A stretch of 64,000 bases of DNA, from IMG/VR virus record IMGVR_UViG_3300046714_000544, positions 5,169 through 69,168 of that record; one strand, given 5' to 3'. The stretch is from a virus. The translations under genes were made by a program, and so were the position numbers. The number at the start of each line of letters is the position of its first letter. The stretch's first letter is position 1. Positions 1 to 10,204 of this stretch are shown piece after piece. Under the pieces are notes generated by a model. It worked only from the letters and a program-made list of their open reading frames with translations, was not told the origin of the DNA and did no database searches.

Positions 1-491
1 TGACTGGTCCGACGGCCTCTGTCTCTGGTGCCCTCTCCTACCCGATTCTGGAGAGCGCGTGGCAGTCGGTGGTCATTGGCCCCGAGAAGCCTGACCTGAT
101 GATCACGAGCAACCTCGGTTTCTCGTACATCAAGATGGTCTTCCAGCCGCAGCAGAGGTTTGAGGAAGTGGATCCGGATTACGGCTTCACTACGCAGAAG
201 TTGAATGGGACGAAGATTGTGGCGAGCAACTACACTCCTGGAACGCGAACGGCCACCACGGCGGATACGAAGGTTGGCTACACTGCGGTTTCCTCGGGTG
301 AGACGCTCTGGTTCTTGAACACGAAGAAGTTCAAGTTCTACATCTCCACGGATCCTCTCTTCTCCTTCGGCTTCACTGGCTTTAAGGTTGCGCAGGATAG
401 TTTGACTCTCGCGGGTCAGTATATGTTTGCGGGTACGTTTACCTGTCAGGCACCTCGCTACAGCCGATACCTGTTTGCGATCACTGGCTAA
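1..491 (+). CDS. Major capsid protein, C-terminal part (5' truncated by window)
   Basis: Frame is open from the window start. The C-terminus KPDLMIT..QPQQRF..NG..IVA..Y.PG..LWFLNT..FGFTGFK..AGQY..TCQAPR resembles HK97-fold capsid P-domains and is followed by decoration-like genes. Confidence 0.8.
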   Translation, partial: TGPTASVSGALSYPILESAWQSVVIGPEKPDLMITSNLGFSYIKMVFQPQQRFEEVDPDYGFTTQKLNGTKIVASNYTPGTRTATTADTKVGYTAVSSGETLWFLNTKKFKFYISTDPLFSFGFTGFKVAQDSLTLAGQYMFAGTFTCQAPRYSRYLFAITG

Positions 492-516
492 GTTTAGCTA
501 AGGAAAGGATTTAAAA

Positions 517-1110
517 ATGAGCGGAACTCTTAATCTTCAGGCCCAGTATATTCAGACTGGGGATCCGACTACGGTCAACACGGCAGCGGCGGATGTTTAC
601 GCCCTTGGTTCGTTGGGACACGTAGCGGCTATTCAGAATAGCACCTTGTTTAGCCCGGGGCTCTCCCCGCGTATTTATCAGTTCATTCAGCGGAGTGCGA
701 CTGATACTACGACCAAGGCGGTTGGACAGGTTGCTTATTGGAAGGACCTTGATAACTACGTTGTGACCTCGACGGCCGCGGATGCCTTCTCTGCAACGTT
801 GGGCATCTGTGCTGGCTTCTTCCCCTCTGCCTCGCTTGTGGCTGGTAACTATGGCTACATTCAGGTGGGCGGGCAGGGTCCGGTTCTGGTCGCCGGTTCG
901 CCGACTGCCGCACCCGCGATTGGCAGCTTGCTCTTCGTCCCGGCCACCTTGGTGGATTCGTCTGTGGACAGTGCTGACAACTTCGCTGACGTGGCTGCGG
1001 TGACAAATGCGGGTTATCCGGTGGCTCAGGCGCTCTCTGTGAAGAATGCCGGCTCTATCGGTACTAACGTGGTTGAGGCTCTTCTGTTTCCTCCTCGTCA
1101 CAGCTGGTAA
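517..1110 (+). CDS. Capsid decoration/cement-like structural protein
   Basis: Immediately after the MCP; AAGGA SD; Ala/Gly/Val/Thr-rich with a GNYGYIQVGG motif typical of capsid cement proteins. Confidence 0.6.
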   Translation: MSGTLNLQAQYIQTGDPTTVNTAAADVYALGSLGHVAAIQNSTLFSPGLSPRIYQFIQRSATDTTTKAVGQVAYWKDLDNYVVTSTAADAFSATLGICAGFFPSASLVAGNYGYIQVGGQGPVLVAGSPTAAPAIGSLLFVPATLVDSSVDSADNFADVAAVTNAGYPVAQALSVKNAGSIGTNVVEALLFPPRHSW

Positions 1111-1121
1111 GGGGGTCTTAG

Positions 1122-1655
1122 ATGACTGTCACTACTGCTCTCTCGGATTTGGACAGGGATGTGACGTCCCGGCGTATTCATAGGGGGAAGTTGACGCTGA
1201 CCTCCACCTACGTGACTGGTGGTATTCCAGTCACGCCTGAGTTGTTTGGTCTTCATCGGATGGACGGTCTCACACTGGATACAGTGGGCGGCATGCTTCT
1301 GGTGTATGATAAGACCAACGCGAAGGTGGTCGCCTACGTCGCGGCCGGTTCCGTAACAGCGCCGACCTTCACGGGCTCGGCTCTCGCGACTCACCGACAT
1401 GTGTTGCACTTCCAGACCTCAGCGGCTGCCAACGCGGTAACTGCTGCGGCCAACCAGTTGAGGACAGCTGCGGCGGCTTTCGACGTTGCCGGTGTTGCTA
1501 ACTCCGCTGGTGAAGGTGGTGTGGTGGATGTGACCGCGGGTACGCCTGCTGGTACGAACAGCGTGCCGGTCTTCTCCAGCACTGGTGCTGCTGAGTTGGC
1601 TGGTGGTACGTCTCTGACAACGACGGTTACTTACTTCACCGCTGTTGGTGTGTAG
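1122..1655 (+). CDS. Virion structural protein
   Basis: YVTGG motif and APTFTGSALATH / AGTPAGTN segments seen in virion proteins; lies in the head operon. Confidence 0.55.
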   Translation: MTVTTALSDLDRDVTSRRIHRGKLTLTSTYVTGGIPVTPELFGLHRMDGLTLDTVGGMLLVYDKTNAKVVAYVAAGSVTAPTFTGSALATHRHVLHFQTSAAANAVTAAANQLRTAAAAFDVAGVANSAGEGGVVDVTAGTPAGTNSVPVFSSTGAAELAGGTSLTTTVTYFTAVGV

Positions 1656-1660
1656 TTTTG

Positions 1661-1688
1661 TGGGGGAGAGCAATCTCCCCCATCTTTT
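1661..1688 (+). terminator. Putative intrinsic terminator after the capsid genes
   Basis: TGGGGGAGA-GCAA-TCTCCCCCA stem-loop followed by TCTTTT. Confidence 0.6.
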
Positions 1689-1699
1689 GAAGGAGTAGG

Positions 1700-2641
1700 A
1701 TGGCCAGCGATAGGACTTTCGAGTCGTGTTGGAAAGAGTTGCTGGTTTACTACCCGGAGTTGCCTCCTCCGCTAGCGCAGAGGTGGGTGAATACGTCTTA
1801 CCACGAGGCTCTGGATAACCTGGAGTGGAGTGGGAGTAGGGGGTATGGGGAGTTTAGGCTGCCGGCGCAGACCCTCACAGGTCTGGCATCAGCAACCCTC
1901 AATAGTGCATCGGTGGTTGGAAGTGGAACGGCGTGGACATCGGCCCTTGTTGGTCAGCAGTTTTACCAGAATGGCACCGCACCCTTCTACACCATCATCT
2001 CTGTGGAGAGCCCGACGGCGTTGACTCTTGATAGGGTGTGGGGTATGGCCTCCACGGTGAGTGCGGCGTATGTAATTCAGTTGATCTACGTGGTGTGCCC
2101 GGCGGATTTTACCCACTTCGACAGTGTGGTGGATATACAGAATCGGTGGCGGATTCATACATTCCTACCGCAGGAGTGGCTTGATAGGGTGGATGCGGCG
2201 AGGGTTTATGCTGGGGCGCCTGTTTGGGTCATGGCAGCTGCGACACCTTCACCAGTGACGGCGACACTCGACAGACCGCGGTTCGAGGTATGGCCTAGGG
2301 GGACAGGGGATGTGACATATCCATTCACCTACAGCAAGCAGCTACCGGCGATGAGTGCGGCGACGGACCGGCCGATTTACCCGATTAGGGGTGATATGGT
2401 CGTTGAGGGAGCGTTGGCACGACTGGCCCTGTACAAGGGTACGAAGGATGCGCCGAACCCGTACGCGGATGGGAATAACTATAAGATCCACCGAGCGCAG
2501 TTTATCGCCAGGGTGGAGCAGATGAAGAACATCGACGAGGGTGTGAGGCAGACGCGGATTTGGTACGAGGATGATAGGAATGGTTGGCCATGGGCGCCGA
2601 TCGATAGCAAGTTTATACAGACGCATCTGTTTCCCCTATAA
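1700..2641 (+). CDS. Head-tail adaptor-like protein with internal beta-rich insertion
   Basis: AGGAG SD; N-terminal helices (RWVNTSYHEAL), central VVGSGTAWTS module, C-terminal FEVWP..YPFTY..MVVEGALARL adaptor-like pattern. Confidence 0.55.
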   Translation: MASDRTFESCWKELLVYYPELPPPLAQRWVNTSYHEALDNLEWSGSRGYGEFRLPAQTLTGLASATLNSASVVGSGTAWTSALVGQQFYQNGTAPFYTIISVESPTALTLDRVWGMASTVSAAYVIQLIYVVCPADFTHFDSVVDIQNRWRIHTFLPQEWLDRVDAARVYAGAPVWVMAAATPSPVTATLDRPRFEVWPRGTGDVTYPFTYSKQLPAMSAATDRPIYPIRGDMVVEGALARLALYKGTKDAPNPYADGNNYKIHRAQFIARVEQMKNIDEGVRQTRIWYEDDRNGWPWAPIDSKFIQTHLFPL

Positions 2642-2650
2642 GGAGGGAAG

Positions 2651-2827
2651 ATGAGCAAGCCGATTGACACGAGCGTGCCGGATTTGGAAAAGATTGGGAA
2701 GGCCCTGAAGCCTGCTGAGGGTGGGAAGAGAGTCCAGGGCGATATGGGTGACCTGAGTGGGGTGAATGGATGGGATTTTGCGGATGTGGACTCTACTCTC
2801 CTGGATGCTGCGAAGGAGCTGAGCTAA
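2651..2827 (+). CDS. Small hypothetical protein (58 aa, MSKPIDTSVPDLEK...)
   Basis: AGGAGGG SD plus ATG; fills the gap between neighbours; below the ORF-track cutoff. Confidence 0.6.
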   Translation: MSKPIDTSVPDLEKIGKALKPAEGGKRVQGDMGDLSGVNGWDFADVDSTLLDAAKELS

Positions 2828-2828
2828 G

Positions 2829-3143
2829 GTGGCCGCCACCAAGTTTGGTCAGGCATCGGTGACGACAGCCACAAGTCTGTCCACTATCTTGGGGATTACG
2901 GCCCTGACGGCGGCGGAGAGACGGTGTAAGGCGGTGACGATTTCGATGGACCCAGCTTCGACGAATATTGTCTATGTTGGGCCCTCGACGGTTACGAGCG
3001 TTCCGGCAAATGCGGGTAATGTGGTGACTCAGTTTCAGGCGAAGGTGATCTCAGGGTATCAGGATAATTCTGTCTTCCTTGACGAGATCTACGTGGCGGC
3101 TACCGTTGGAGCGACTAACGTCTTCGTGACAGCGGTCTTCTAA
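2829..3143 (+). CDS. Small beta-rich virion protein
   Basis: In the structural operon; A.TNIVYVGPSTVT motif. Confidence 0.55.
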   Translation: MAATKFGQASVTTATSLSTILGITALTAAERRCKAVTISMDPASTNIVYVGPSTVTSVPANAGNVVTQFQAKVISGYQDNSVFLDEIYVAATVGATNVFVTAVF

Positions 3144-3145
3144 GA

Positions 3146-3829
3146 GTGGCAGCCTATCAACTCACGACGATCGCGTCCATCATCACCCGGCTAGGGCAGC
3201 GGACGGATGGGATGGATACAAACGTCTTCTGGGTTGAGCAGGAGAAGCTGGATGCCATCAATGAGGCGTTGAGGGTGTGGCAGTGTTTGGTGGGGCAGTT
3301 TGAACAGCTGTTCAAGCAGAGCGCCTCGCCTGCACAGACGAATAGTTTCTTTCCGGTCCCGCGGCAATTTGCATCCATTACCCGGGTGCTTTACAACGGA
3401 AATCAGTTGACGCTTCTGTCGTTGAATGAGCTTGATAATGGCTATCCGGATTGGGTGAATACGCAGGGGACGCCGCTTTATTGGGCGCCGGTTGGGGCAA
3501 GCAACATCGCCCTGTATCCGTATCCTGTTGGTGGGGAGTTGACCTTCTACGGTTATCGTGATCTGCTGAAGCTGGGGCCGATGGATTACATCATCATCGG
3601 TAATGAGGAGCTGACGCGGGTGTTGGAGTATGCGGAGCATTACCTATCCTTCAAGGAGGGGATGACGGAGATGCAGGCCTCCTCGGACGCGCTAGATAAG
3701 ATGGCAGCTGCGGCGGCTTACAAGAATGGGCGGATTAAACAGACAGAGTATTTCAAACACTACGCCGGACTTGATAGGGAGAATACGCAGAGACCTATGG
3801 CAGCAGAGCAGGGAGTGGGGATTCGGTGA
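3146..3829 (+). CDS. Head-tail adaptor / tail tubular A-like protein
   Basis: FW..QEKLDAINEALRVW, GTPLYW, ALYPYP, LEYAEHYLSFKEG pattern. Confidence 0.6.
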   Translation: MAAYQLTTIASIITRLGQRTDGMDTNVFWVEQEKLDAINEALRVWQCLVGQFEQLFKQSASPAQTNSFFPVPRQFASITRVLYNGNQLTLLSLNELDNGYPDWVNTQGTPLYWAPVGASNIALYPYPVGGELTFYGYRDLLKLGPMDYIIIGNEELTRVLEYAEHYLSFKEGMTEMQASSDALDKMAAAAAYKNGRIKQTEYFKHYAGLDRENTQRPMAAEQGVGIR

Positions 3830-4170
3830 GACTGAACTTCATCGAGCCGGATATCTATGTGTATACGATCACGGAGCTTGACCCGGCGACGGGGACACCG
3901 AAGACCCGCGAAATTCCCGCATTCACCTGCGGCCACTGCACGACGATTGTGGGAGTTAGGTTTGACAGGGTGCGCCCCCGGACGCGCTGTATGTACTGTA
4001 GGAAGTTGTTGTGTGAGGTGAACGAGTTGTGCATGGCTGGCTGTACCCCCCTTCATTCCATGGCGAAGGATCGGTTTGAAACGAAGGGGCCATGGACGCA
4101 GTTTTTGGATCCAATTATGAAAGGTGCCACGACCTTGGAAGAGGCGCAGGCAGGAGGTTTGAATGGCTAA
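3826..4170 (+). CDS. Cys-rich (zinc-binding) hypothetical protein
   Basis: CGHC, CMYC and CEVNELC motifs; GTGA overlap with the upstream stop. Confidence 0.55.
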   Translation: MRLNFIEPDIYVYTITELDPATGTPKTREIPAFTCGHCTTIVGVRFDRVRPRTRCMYCRKLLCEVNELCMAGCTPLHSMAKDRFETKGPWTQFLDPIMKGATTLEEAQAGGLNG

Positions 4171-4633
4171 CTATTCGTCCACGATCAACGGGCAGGCACT
4201 TTCGGTCACCCTTGACACTATGACTATTATCACCACGGCTACGGGTCAGGGCTCGGCGGTTGCGCTGAAGGAACTGTACCTGAGTGGTGAGTCGAGCGCC
4301 AGCGCTTATAACAGGGTGGTGCTGAACCGGCCCGGCTCGGTTGGAGTGACGCCTGTTGTGGTTGCGGTCACGAAGTTGCATCCCGCGTCGGTTACGCCGC
4401 TCTTCACGGTGGCGAGCAATGTGGGTGGTAACGCGTGGACCACGAACCCGGTTATCAGTGCGACCGACATTTTGATCCCTGGGTTGAACACCTTTGCGGG
4501 GCAGATGCATTGGTACGCCTTGCCGGGGTGTGAGGTCATTGTGGGTACTCAGGGTGCGGTTGCGAACCTCTCCCTCAGGAGCCGATCGGGCACGAGCACG
4601 ATCAGCGGGCACATGATCATCGAGGAATACTAA
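4163..4633 (+). CDS. Virion structural protein
   Basis: GGAGG SD; beta-rich Thr/Val/Ser protein. Confidence 0.55.
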   Translation: MANYSSTINGQALSVTLDTMTIITTATGQGSAVALKELYLSGESSASAYNRVVLNRPGSVGVTPVVVAVTKLHPASVTPLFTVASNVGGNAWTTNPVISATDILIPGLNTFAGQMHWYALPGCEVIVGTQGAVANLSLRSRSGTSTISGHMIIEEY

Positions 4634-4656
4634 CTCCTCTAAATAGAAGGAGTTAG

Positions 4657-5136
4657 ATGTCCACCTTCATCATCTCCGTAGAGAAGGTCTCCCCTCTCCA
4701 GATACAGATCGGCACGCCGTCAACGTGCGCTGTGGAGGTGAGGGGTTGGTCTGCCTGGGCGGAAGCTTCGGTGGGCTCGACGAGTCATCCTCACTTCTAT
4801 CGCCCGTCGATTCCGGGCACAGCGCGGTTGTCGGCTGAGTCGAATAGGGTGGGGTCGCTGAACCAGCCGGGCAGGTATAGTCAGTGCCAGGTGATCAGCT
4901 CCTTCTCTACCAACCCATCCTACCCCGATGTCATCCCGATGAGGACTAATCTGCCCTTTCGGCTCACGGTGGATTTCCCGCCCAAGCAGGGGATCATCAT
5001 CCTCCCGGATAGTTATGGGTGTTTGTATGCAAAGACGGACTTCATCGGGCAGAGTGCGACGAAGGCAGCTCAGACAGGGAGCGCGACGCCGGGTGGGTTT
5101 CTTTGGAATGCGTCTGTCATCTGGGAGGAGTTGTAA
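4657..5136 (+). CDS. Virion structural protein (possible paralog of 4163-4633)
   Basis: AAGGAG SD; similar size and C-terminus (IWEEL vs IIEEY). Confidence 0.5.
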   Translation: MSTFIISVEKVSPLQIQIGTPSTCAVEVRGWSAWAEASVGSTSHPHFYRPSIPGTARLSAESNRVGSLNQPGRYSQCQVISSFSTNPSYPDVIPMRTNLPFRLTVDFPPKQGIIILPDSYGCLYAKTDFIGQSATKAAQTGSATPGGFLWNASVIWEEL

Positions 5137-6294
5137 GTGATTAGGCCAATCCTCTCCCGTAACTTCGCCTTTATCAGTAAGCATACGATCAGCGGCACGT
5201 CGCCGGCTGCTGACGATATGAGCAAGTATCCACGCTTCTTCCGCTCCTCCTATGACATTGTTGATAACTGGAAAATCATGCCGCCAGTTGCGGCGATCTA
5301 TGTTGAGCCCCTCATCAGCATGCCGGCGGTTAGGCAGTATACGGAGGAGGGGTTTGTTGGGGTCAGCGTAAGGAAGAGGCAGAATGCGAAGGTGGGGCGG
5401 ATCCTCGCCTCCCTTGTGCCCCTGCCGAATGTGACTAGGTTGTTGACACCGGACCCGAACCTTGTGCCGACCTTCTACGCAAGATCCTCGCAGGCGTTCC
5501 CGTACGCTGCACTGCTGGCAAGAAGGCAGCAGGTGAAGAAGCAGCGGATGGCGGCTATGTATGTGGAAAGTCAGGCGCAGATTGGGCGAGTGCAGACACT
5601 ACCCTTCACTGTCTATAATGCCACGGTTGGGGAGATCCTTTCGGAGATCCAACGGCACCTGCTTGAGCCGATTGTGGATGGCGGGAAGACCTGGCAGCTT
5701 TGGAGTAAGGTGGAGGTTTGGAACTATCTCCGAGAGCGGTGTTCGAGGTTCTTGATCGACACGGGTGTGGTGACGGATATTGGGACCTTCCCCGTGGCGA
5801 ATGGGGTGAGTGATGTGGACCTGGATGCGACGCTTGCAGAACTTCGTTCAGTGTGGGTGAGTGGGAGTGGGGGGAATAGGGCGCTGACGTCGCAGGATTT
5901 CTGGATGCTTGACAATGGGCTGCCTGGGTGGGAGTCGCTGAATTCCCCACCGGCCTATTACATTGAGGATCCGGTGAGCCCGCTTTCGATCACCCTTGTG
6001 CCGACCCCGTCCATTGCGGAGACTGGGACGTACTCGTATGTGAAGAGCACGCCGCTTGATTCGCCCTCCGGGAGTGTGACGGATAGCAACGGCCTCTTCA
6101 CATTGGAGGGGTTCTTCCTACGTCTGCCGGCAATTTTCTCCTGGGCGGTGAAGTATGGGACGATGGCGGATATGTTGGCGAAGGAAGGGGAGGCTAATGA
6201 TCCACAGAGGGCGTCTTACTGCGAGCAGAGGTATCAGGAGGGGGTTGAATTGGCAAGGTTGATGGTGGGGACGGTTTCAGGGGGGCAACGATAA
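5137..6294 (+). CDS. Adaptor-like tail protein with N-terminal extension
   Basis: C-terminal half resembles 3146-3829 (WS..EVWNYL, LDNGLPGWE, LVPTP, VKYGTMADMLAKEGE). Confidence 0.55.
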   Translation: MIRPILSRNFAFISKHTISGTSPAADDMSKYPRFFRSSYDIVDNWKIMPPVAAIYVEPLISMPAVRQYTEEGFVGVSVRKRQNAKVGRILASLVPLPNVTRLLTPDPNLVPTFYARSSQAFPYAALLARRQQVKKQRMAAMYVESQAQIGRVQTLPFTVYNATVGEILSEIQRHLLEPIVDGGKTWQLWSKVEVWNYLRERCSRFLIDTGVVTDIGTFPVANGVSDVDLDATLAELRSVWVSGSGGNRALTSQDFWMLDNGLPGWESLNSPPAYYIEDPVSPLSITLVPTPSIAETGTYSYVKSTPLDSPSGSVTDSNGLFTLEGFFLRLPAIFSWAVKYGTMADMLAKEGEANDPQRASYCEQRYQEGVELARLMVGTVSGGQR

Positions 6295-6295
6295 A

Positions 6296-7204
6296 ATGGC
6301 TTCTAAGACTATCACACCGAATGATGTTTTTGCTGTGGCTATTCCTGTTGATTCTGTTGATCAAACTGGCTGGATCTCTGCTCTTACATTTGGCGGAAGC
6401 ACCAATGCTGAATGTGTTGTGGCCCCTGGAGATGGGAAGTATTTCTCTCTCCCTACTTGGGTTGTAGATGAAATAGCGGAATCTGGCACGCCAGTTACTC
6501 CTACTTTTGCAGCTGACCCCACAATCCCTAAGGATGCTGTCATTGTTGCTGGGCATGTTACATTCAGATACGCTAAAACCTATATTGACCCAGGCGACAC
6601 TCCTTTCAATGATGGTAGCTTTTATTGGGGTGAGGGCATTGATAGGATTCTATTTCCAGAGCCGCCCACTTATGTAACCAGGGGAGAGGAGCCTGTAGAG
6701 GCTAATTGGCAAGAGTATAACTTAGATCTGGTTAACTTTAGTGCTGCTCAACAGATTCAGATGGGGCGAGGGTTTCAGGCCCTTGACAGGGGGTATCTAG
6801 ATTGGATATCCTTCTTTATCAGCTTTCCTCTCACAGCCCCAACCATTGGCACTATAACCTTCCCAGATCGCTTTACCGATAGGGTGAATGTCAAGTGTCC
6901 GCTCACTGTGGGAGGAGTTACTAGCACCTACCCAGTCTCCTACTACTTTGAGTGGACGGAGCAGAATCCAACTGGGGGCGCCTTAGTGGTTACCCACTTG
7001 GGCTCGACAACTGTTCTAGCAGGGGATGGCTCTGGGGAGCCCCTTGGGCTAGTAAATGTCACTACGACTATCCCAGAAGATAGCACTACCCTTCCAGCTA
7101 GCAAAACAATCTGGGTACGTCTTATTGCCTACAATGCAGATGGGGCGATTACTGGAGCTTGGACGCAGACCTCTACCCTAGCAAATGATGAGATAACGAT
7201 CTGA
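6296..7204 (+). CDS. Putative tail appendage / receptor-binding protein
   Basis: Beta-rich with an FN3-like C-terminus (WVRLIAYNADG); visibly lower GC than the flanks. Confidence 0.45.
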   Translation: MASKTITPNDVFAVAIPVDSVDQTGWISALTFGGSTNAECVVAPGDGKYFSLPTWVVDEIAESGTPVTPTFAADPTIPKDAVIVAGHVTFRYAKTYIDPGDTPFNDGSFYWGEGIDRILFPEPPTYVTRGEEPVEANWQEYNLDLVNFSAAQQIQMGRGFQALDRGYLDWISFFISFPLTAPTIGTITFPDRFTDRVNVKCPLTVGGVTSTYPVSYYFEWTEQNPTGGALVVTHLGSTTVLAGDGSGEPLGLVNVTTTIPEDSTTLPASKTIWVRLIAYNADGAITGAWTQTSTLANDEITI

Positions 7205-7205
7205 G

Positions 7206-9539
7206 ATGAGCGACTACCAGAACAAGACCACCCAATTCGTTAACCTGGGGATGAACCTCAGGGACGCGCCTGATAAGCTCCAGCAGGGCCAGTGGCGGAG
7301 GCTTGTCAACATCAGGAGTAATGAGGAGGGGTCTATAACGGCCAGGCCGGGAAGGCAGCAGATCTTACCCGCCACCGGCACTCCTGTCAACACCCTCTTC
7401 AAACTCGATCAGCAGATTATCAGGAGCACAGGGACGTCCGTTGATCGTAATGGCACTGCTTACCCCTCCACCTGGTGGGCTGGGCCGAAGAGCTGGGTGA
7501 AGGCACGTTCCACGGAGGGCGAGGAGAAGTGGGCCTTCGTTGCCGACCCAACCAATCTCCGCATGGTCCACGCGGATGGGACGGACTTTAAGTGGGGGAT
7601 TACTGCGCCCTCCCTCGCGGCAACTTTTGGAAGCAGCGGAACCGGTCCTCTCGATAGCAGCGTTGCGGGCGCGACGGTTTATGACTGGAGATTCACATGG
7701 TACAACAGTCGGACAGGGGCTGAGAGTAATCCATCCCCTACGGCAGATGGTGTAGCTTGTGTGGCGACGAATGCCTCGATTACTGTGCAGAGTAGTTCCG
7801 ATCCCCAGGTCGATAAGATCGGCATCTATCGAAGGGGTGGGACACTGACGGCTGCGGCGAACAGTTGGCGGCGGGTGGGGCTGGTGCTCAATGGTGGGAT
7901 TGACCCTATCACCAATCGGCCGCGAGCAATCACCTTCATTGACAACAACTCCGACAGCAGCATCTCCCTCGCGCAGGAGATGAAGCTGGATAACGACGTC
8001 CCTTTCACCTCGGTGGATAGTGCGGGGGATATTTTGAGGGAAGCCCCGGTGCCGTACATCTGGGGGCCCTTCCTTGGCCTCTTCATCTTCGCAACGGGGG
8101 ATCCCAACAGACCGGGGTATGTTTACTGGACGAATCCCTCCCGGCCGACGTCGGCGAACCTGGAGAACAAAATCTCCGTCACCGCACCGGATGAGCCGCT
8201 GATGGGGGGTTTCATCTACAACGATCTCGCCTACTGCTTCAGCCGGGAGAACTTCTACGCCCTGGATTATAACGGCTCAGGTGCGGCGGTTGCCTTCTCT
8301 GCCCGGAAGCTGCCGATCGGCCGAGGGGCCTCGGGTCCCTGGTGTGTCGCCGGCAATGGCCCGACTGTCTTCTTCCTCTCGAAGGATAACATCTACGAGA
8401 GTGATATGCAGAGCTACGCAAAACCGATGACGGAGGATAATATCCGGCCACTCCTTAACCCTAATGCGACGACCGTGGCGGATGAGATTCAGGGGATTCC
8501 GCCCGTCAACTACGGCGACTTCACAGTCGTGCCCCCGTCGCTTCAGGATCCAACCAGTCCGATCAACAGCATCCGGCTGGTCTTCGGTGGGCAGTTCCTT
8601 CATCTGCACTACCTCGCCGCGGATGGGGTGACGAATGTGCACCTGGAGAATCATCTCCCTTACAACCGCTGGAGTGTTTGTGAAACCGGTCCGGTGGAGG
8701 AGACGCTGACATACTATGATGGCCAACAGCCAGGGGATACTCTCCTCATTGGTACGGATGATGGAAGGGTGGCGCTGGAGGCCAATAGTTATGGGCTCGT
8801 CAACACCCTTGACTATGGAGTGAATGAGATTCAGTGCAGGGCACGCACGGGAAGTGATGACTTTGGTGCACCACAAACGTTGAAGGAAGTCGGCAACATC
8901 ATTGTTGATGCGAATGTGAATGGTGCTCACATCCCTGTGGCTGATGGTGGGGGGAACGGCGTTGTGGTACAGATGTTCTACAACACAGAGAACTCGACTG
9001 GGACAGCTATGCAAATCAATGGGGTGGGGAGGCAGAAGTTCCCTCTCTCCCTCGCCCCCAGCAGCACTCTAGAGCAGTACTGCTACTCGGCGGCTTTTGA
9101 GTTCCGGTGGAATGGGAAGGCTACCATTTACCAGGCGGAGACACTCTGGAGGATGGATGAGGAGTTGTTGACGCACTGGGAGTTCCCGCCAACGACCCAT
9201 GGGCTGAAGGGATGGCAACACCTTCGGGATATGTACATCACCCTACGCTCGACTGGGAATACGTTTCTTAGGGTGGTGGTGGATGGGGTTAACTACTACC
9301 CACAGGTTCCGGGAGTTACGGGTATCAATGTGAACGGTCTGATTCTCTCCACAGGTGGGGAGAAGACTAAGATCCATCTCTACATGCCGCCCGTGAAGGG
9401 GAAGGTCTTCCAGTACTACCTAGACGGTGGGCCCTTCCGCCTCTACGGGGAGGACTGTGAGGTGTATGTGAAGGAGTTCAATACGGGGAATAGCTATCAC
9501 CCGGTCGCGCCATTTACCCAGCAAGGTGGGGGTAGTTAA
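7206..9539 (+). CDS. Tail nozzle / tubular protein B-like protein
   Basis: 777 aa; N-terminal GMNLRDAPD..NIR..GSITARPG is typical of podovirus nozzle (stabilization) proteins; TGAESNPSP insert. Confidence 0.65.
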   Translation: MSDYQNKTTQFVNLGMNLRDAPDKLQQGQWRRLVNIRSNEEGSITARPGRQQILPATGTPVNTLFKLDQQIIRSTGTSVDRNGTAYPSTWWAGPKSWVKARSTEGEEKWAFVADPTNLRMVHADGTDFKWGITAPSLAATFGSSGTGPLDSSVAGATVYDWRFTWYNSRTGAESNPSPTADGVACVATNASITVQSSSDPQVDKIGIYRRGGTLTAAANSWRRVGLVLNGGIDPITNRPRAITFIDNNSDSSISLAQEMKLDNDVPFTSVDSAGDILREAPVPYIWGPFLGLFIFATGDPNRPGYVYWTNPSRPTSANLENKISVTAPDEPLMGGFIYNDLAYCFSRENFYALDYNGSGAAVAFSARKLPIGRGASGPWCVAGNGPTVFFLSKDNIYESDMQSYAKPMTEDNIRPLLNPNATTVADEIQGIPPVNYGDFTVVPPSLQDPTSPINSIRLVFGGQFLHLHYLAADGVTNVHLENHLPYNRWSVCETGPVEETLTYYDGQQPGDTLLIGTDDGRVALEANSYGLVNTLDYGVNEIQCRARTGSDDFGAPQTLKEVGNIIVDANVNGAHIPVADGGGNGVVVQMFYNTENSTGTAMQINGVGRQKFPLSLAPSSTLEQYCYSAAFEFRWNGKATIYQAETLWRMDEELLTHWEFPPTTHGLKGWQHLRDMYITLRSTGNTFLRVVVDGVNYYPQVPGVTGINVNGLILSTGGEKTKIHLYMPPVKGKVFQYYLDGGPFRLYGEDCEVYVKEFNTGNSYHPVAPFTQQGGGS

Positions 9540-10204
9540 TGACAGGACGGGCAGATAACACAATTCGTCAGGTCAGCACTCTTCAAGCGGTTGACATCCC
9601 AGAACTGAATAGGATCCTTAGGAAGATTCAGGGAGATGTGTCTAAGTTGGAGGGAAGGCTGGGGCAGGCGCAGTTGCGGGATTCTCTCAACATCCTTCCT
9701 CCCCCTGTCGACCCAGCAGCAGCTACTCAAGACTCCTCCACCCTCTTCCACTCCATCACTGAGGGGAAGCTGCGGGCCTCGGAAAGTAGGAGTGGGTATG
9801 GGGATGTCCTAAATGTGGTGGGCGCTTGGTCCTCTAGCAATATCGTCACTCCTGCGCCAGCCACCATGACCTTTAGTTCGGAGATAGTGAGTGATGCCTC
9901 AACCTTCCTATGGAACGGCTCTACCCAGGTAGCTTTAATGCGCCCGGGAGTTTATGTCTTCTTCTACAGAGGAACGGTAACTCCTGACGCAGGGGCTATT
10001 AGGGTGCTGCTGCATATCGGAGCTAGCACTTTCAGAAATCAGTACACCGGAGCTGGGGGTAATGTTACCTTAGCTGAGAGCATAACCTATGTCAACACTT
10101 CCACTACTCCTGTTGCGGTTAGCCTGGAGTTGACTATCGGTACAAGTCTCGGGAGTGCTAACCTCGAATTACCTACAATGCTTACCATTGTAAAGGTGCG
10201 CTAG
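9539..10204 (+). CDS. Tail-associated protein (coiled coil plus C1q/beta-sandwich-like domain)
   Basis: N-terminal helix ELNRILRKIQ; C-terminal PGVYVFFYRG beta domain. Confidence 0.45.
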   Translation: MTGRADNTIRQVSTLQAVDIPELNRILRKIQGDVSKLEGRLGQAQLRDSLNILPPPVDPAAATQDSSTLFHSITEGKLRASESRSGYGDVLNVVGAWSSSNIVTPAPATMTFSSEIVSDASTFLWNGSTQVALMRPGVYVFFYRGTVTPDAGAIRVLLHIGASTFRNQYTGAGGNVTLAESITYVNTSTTPVAVSLELTIGTSLGSANLELPTMLTIVKVR

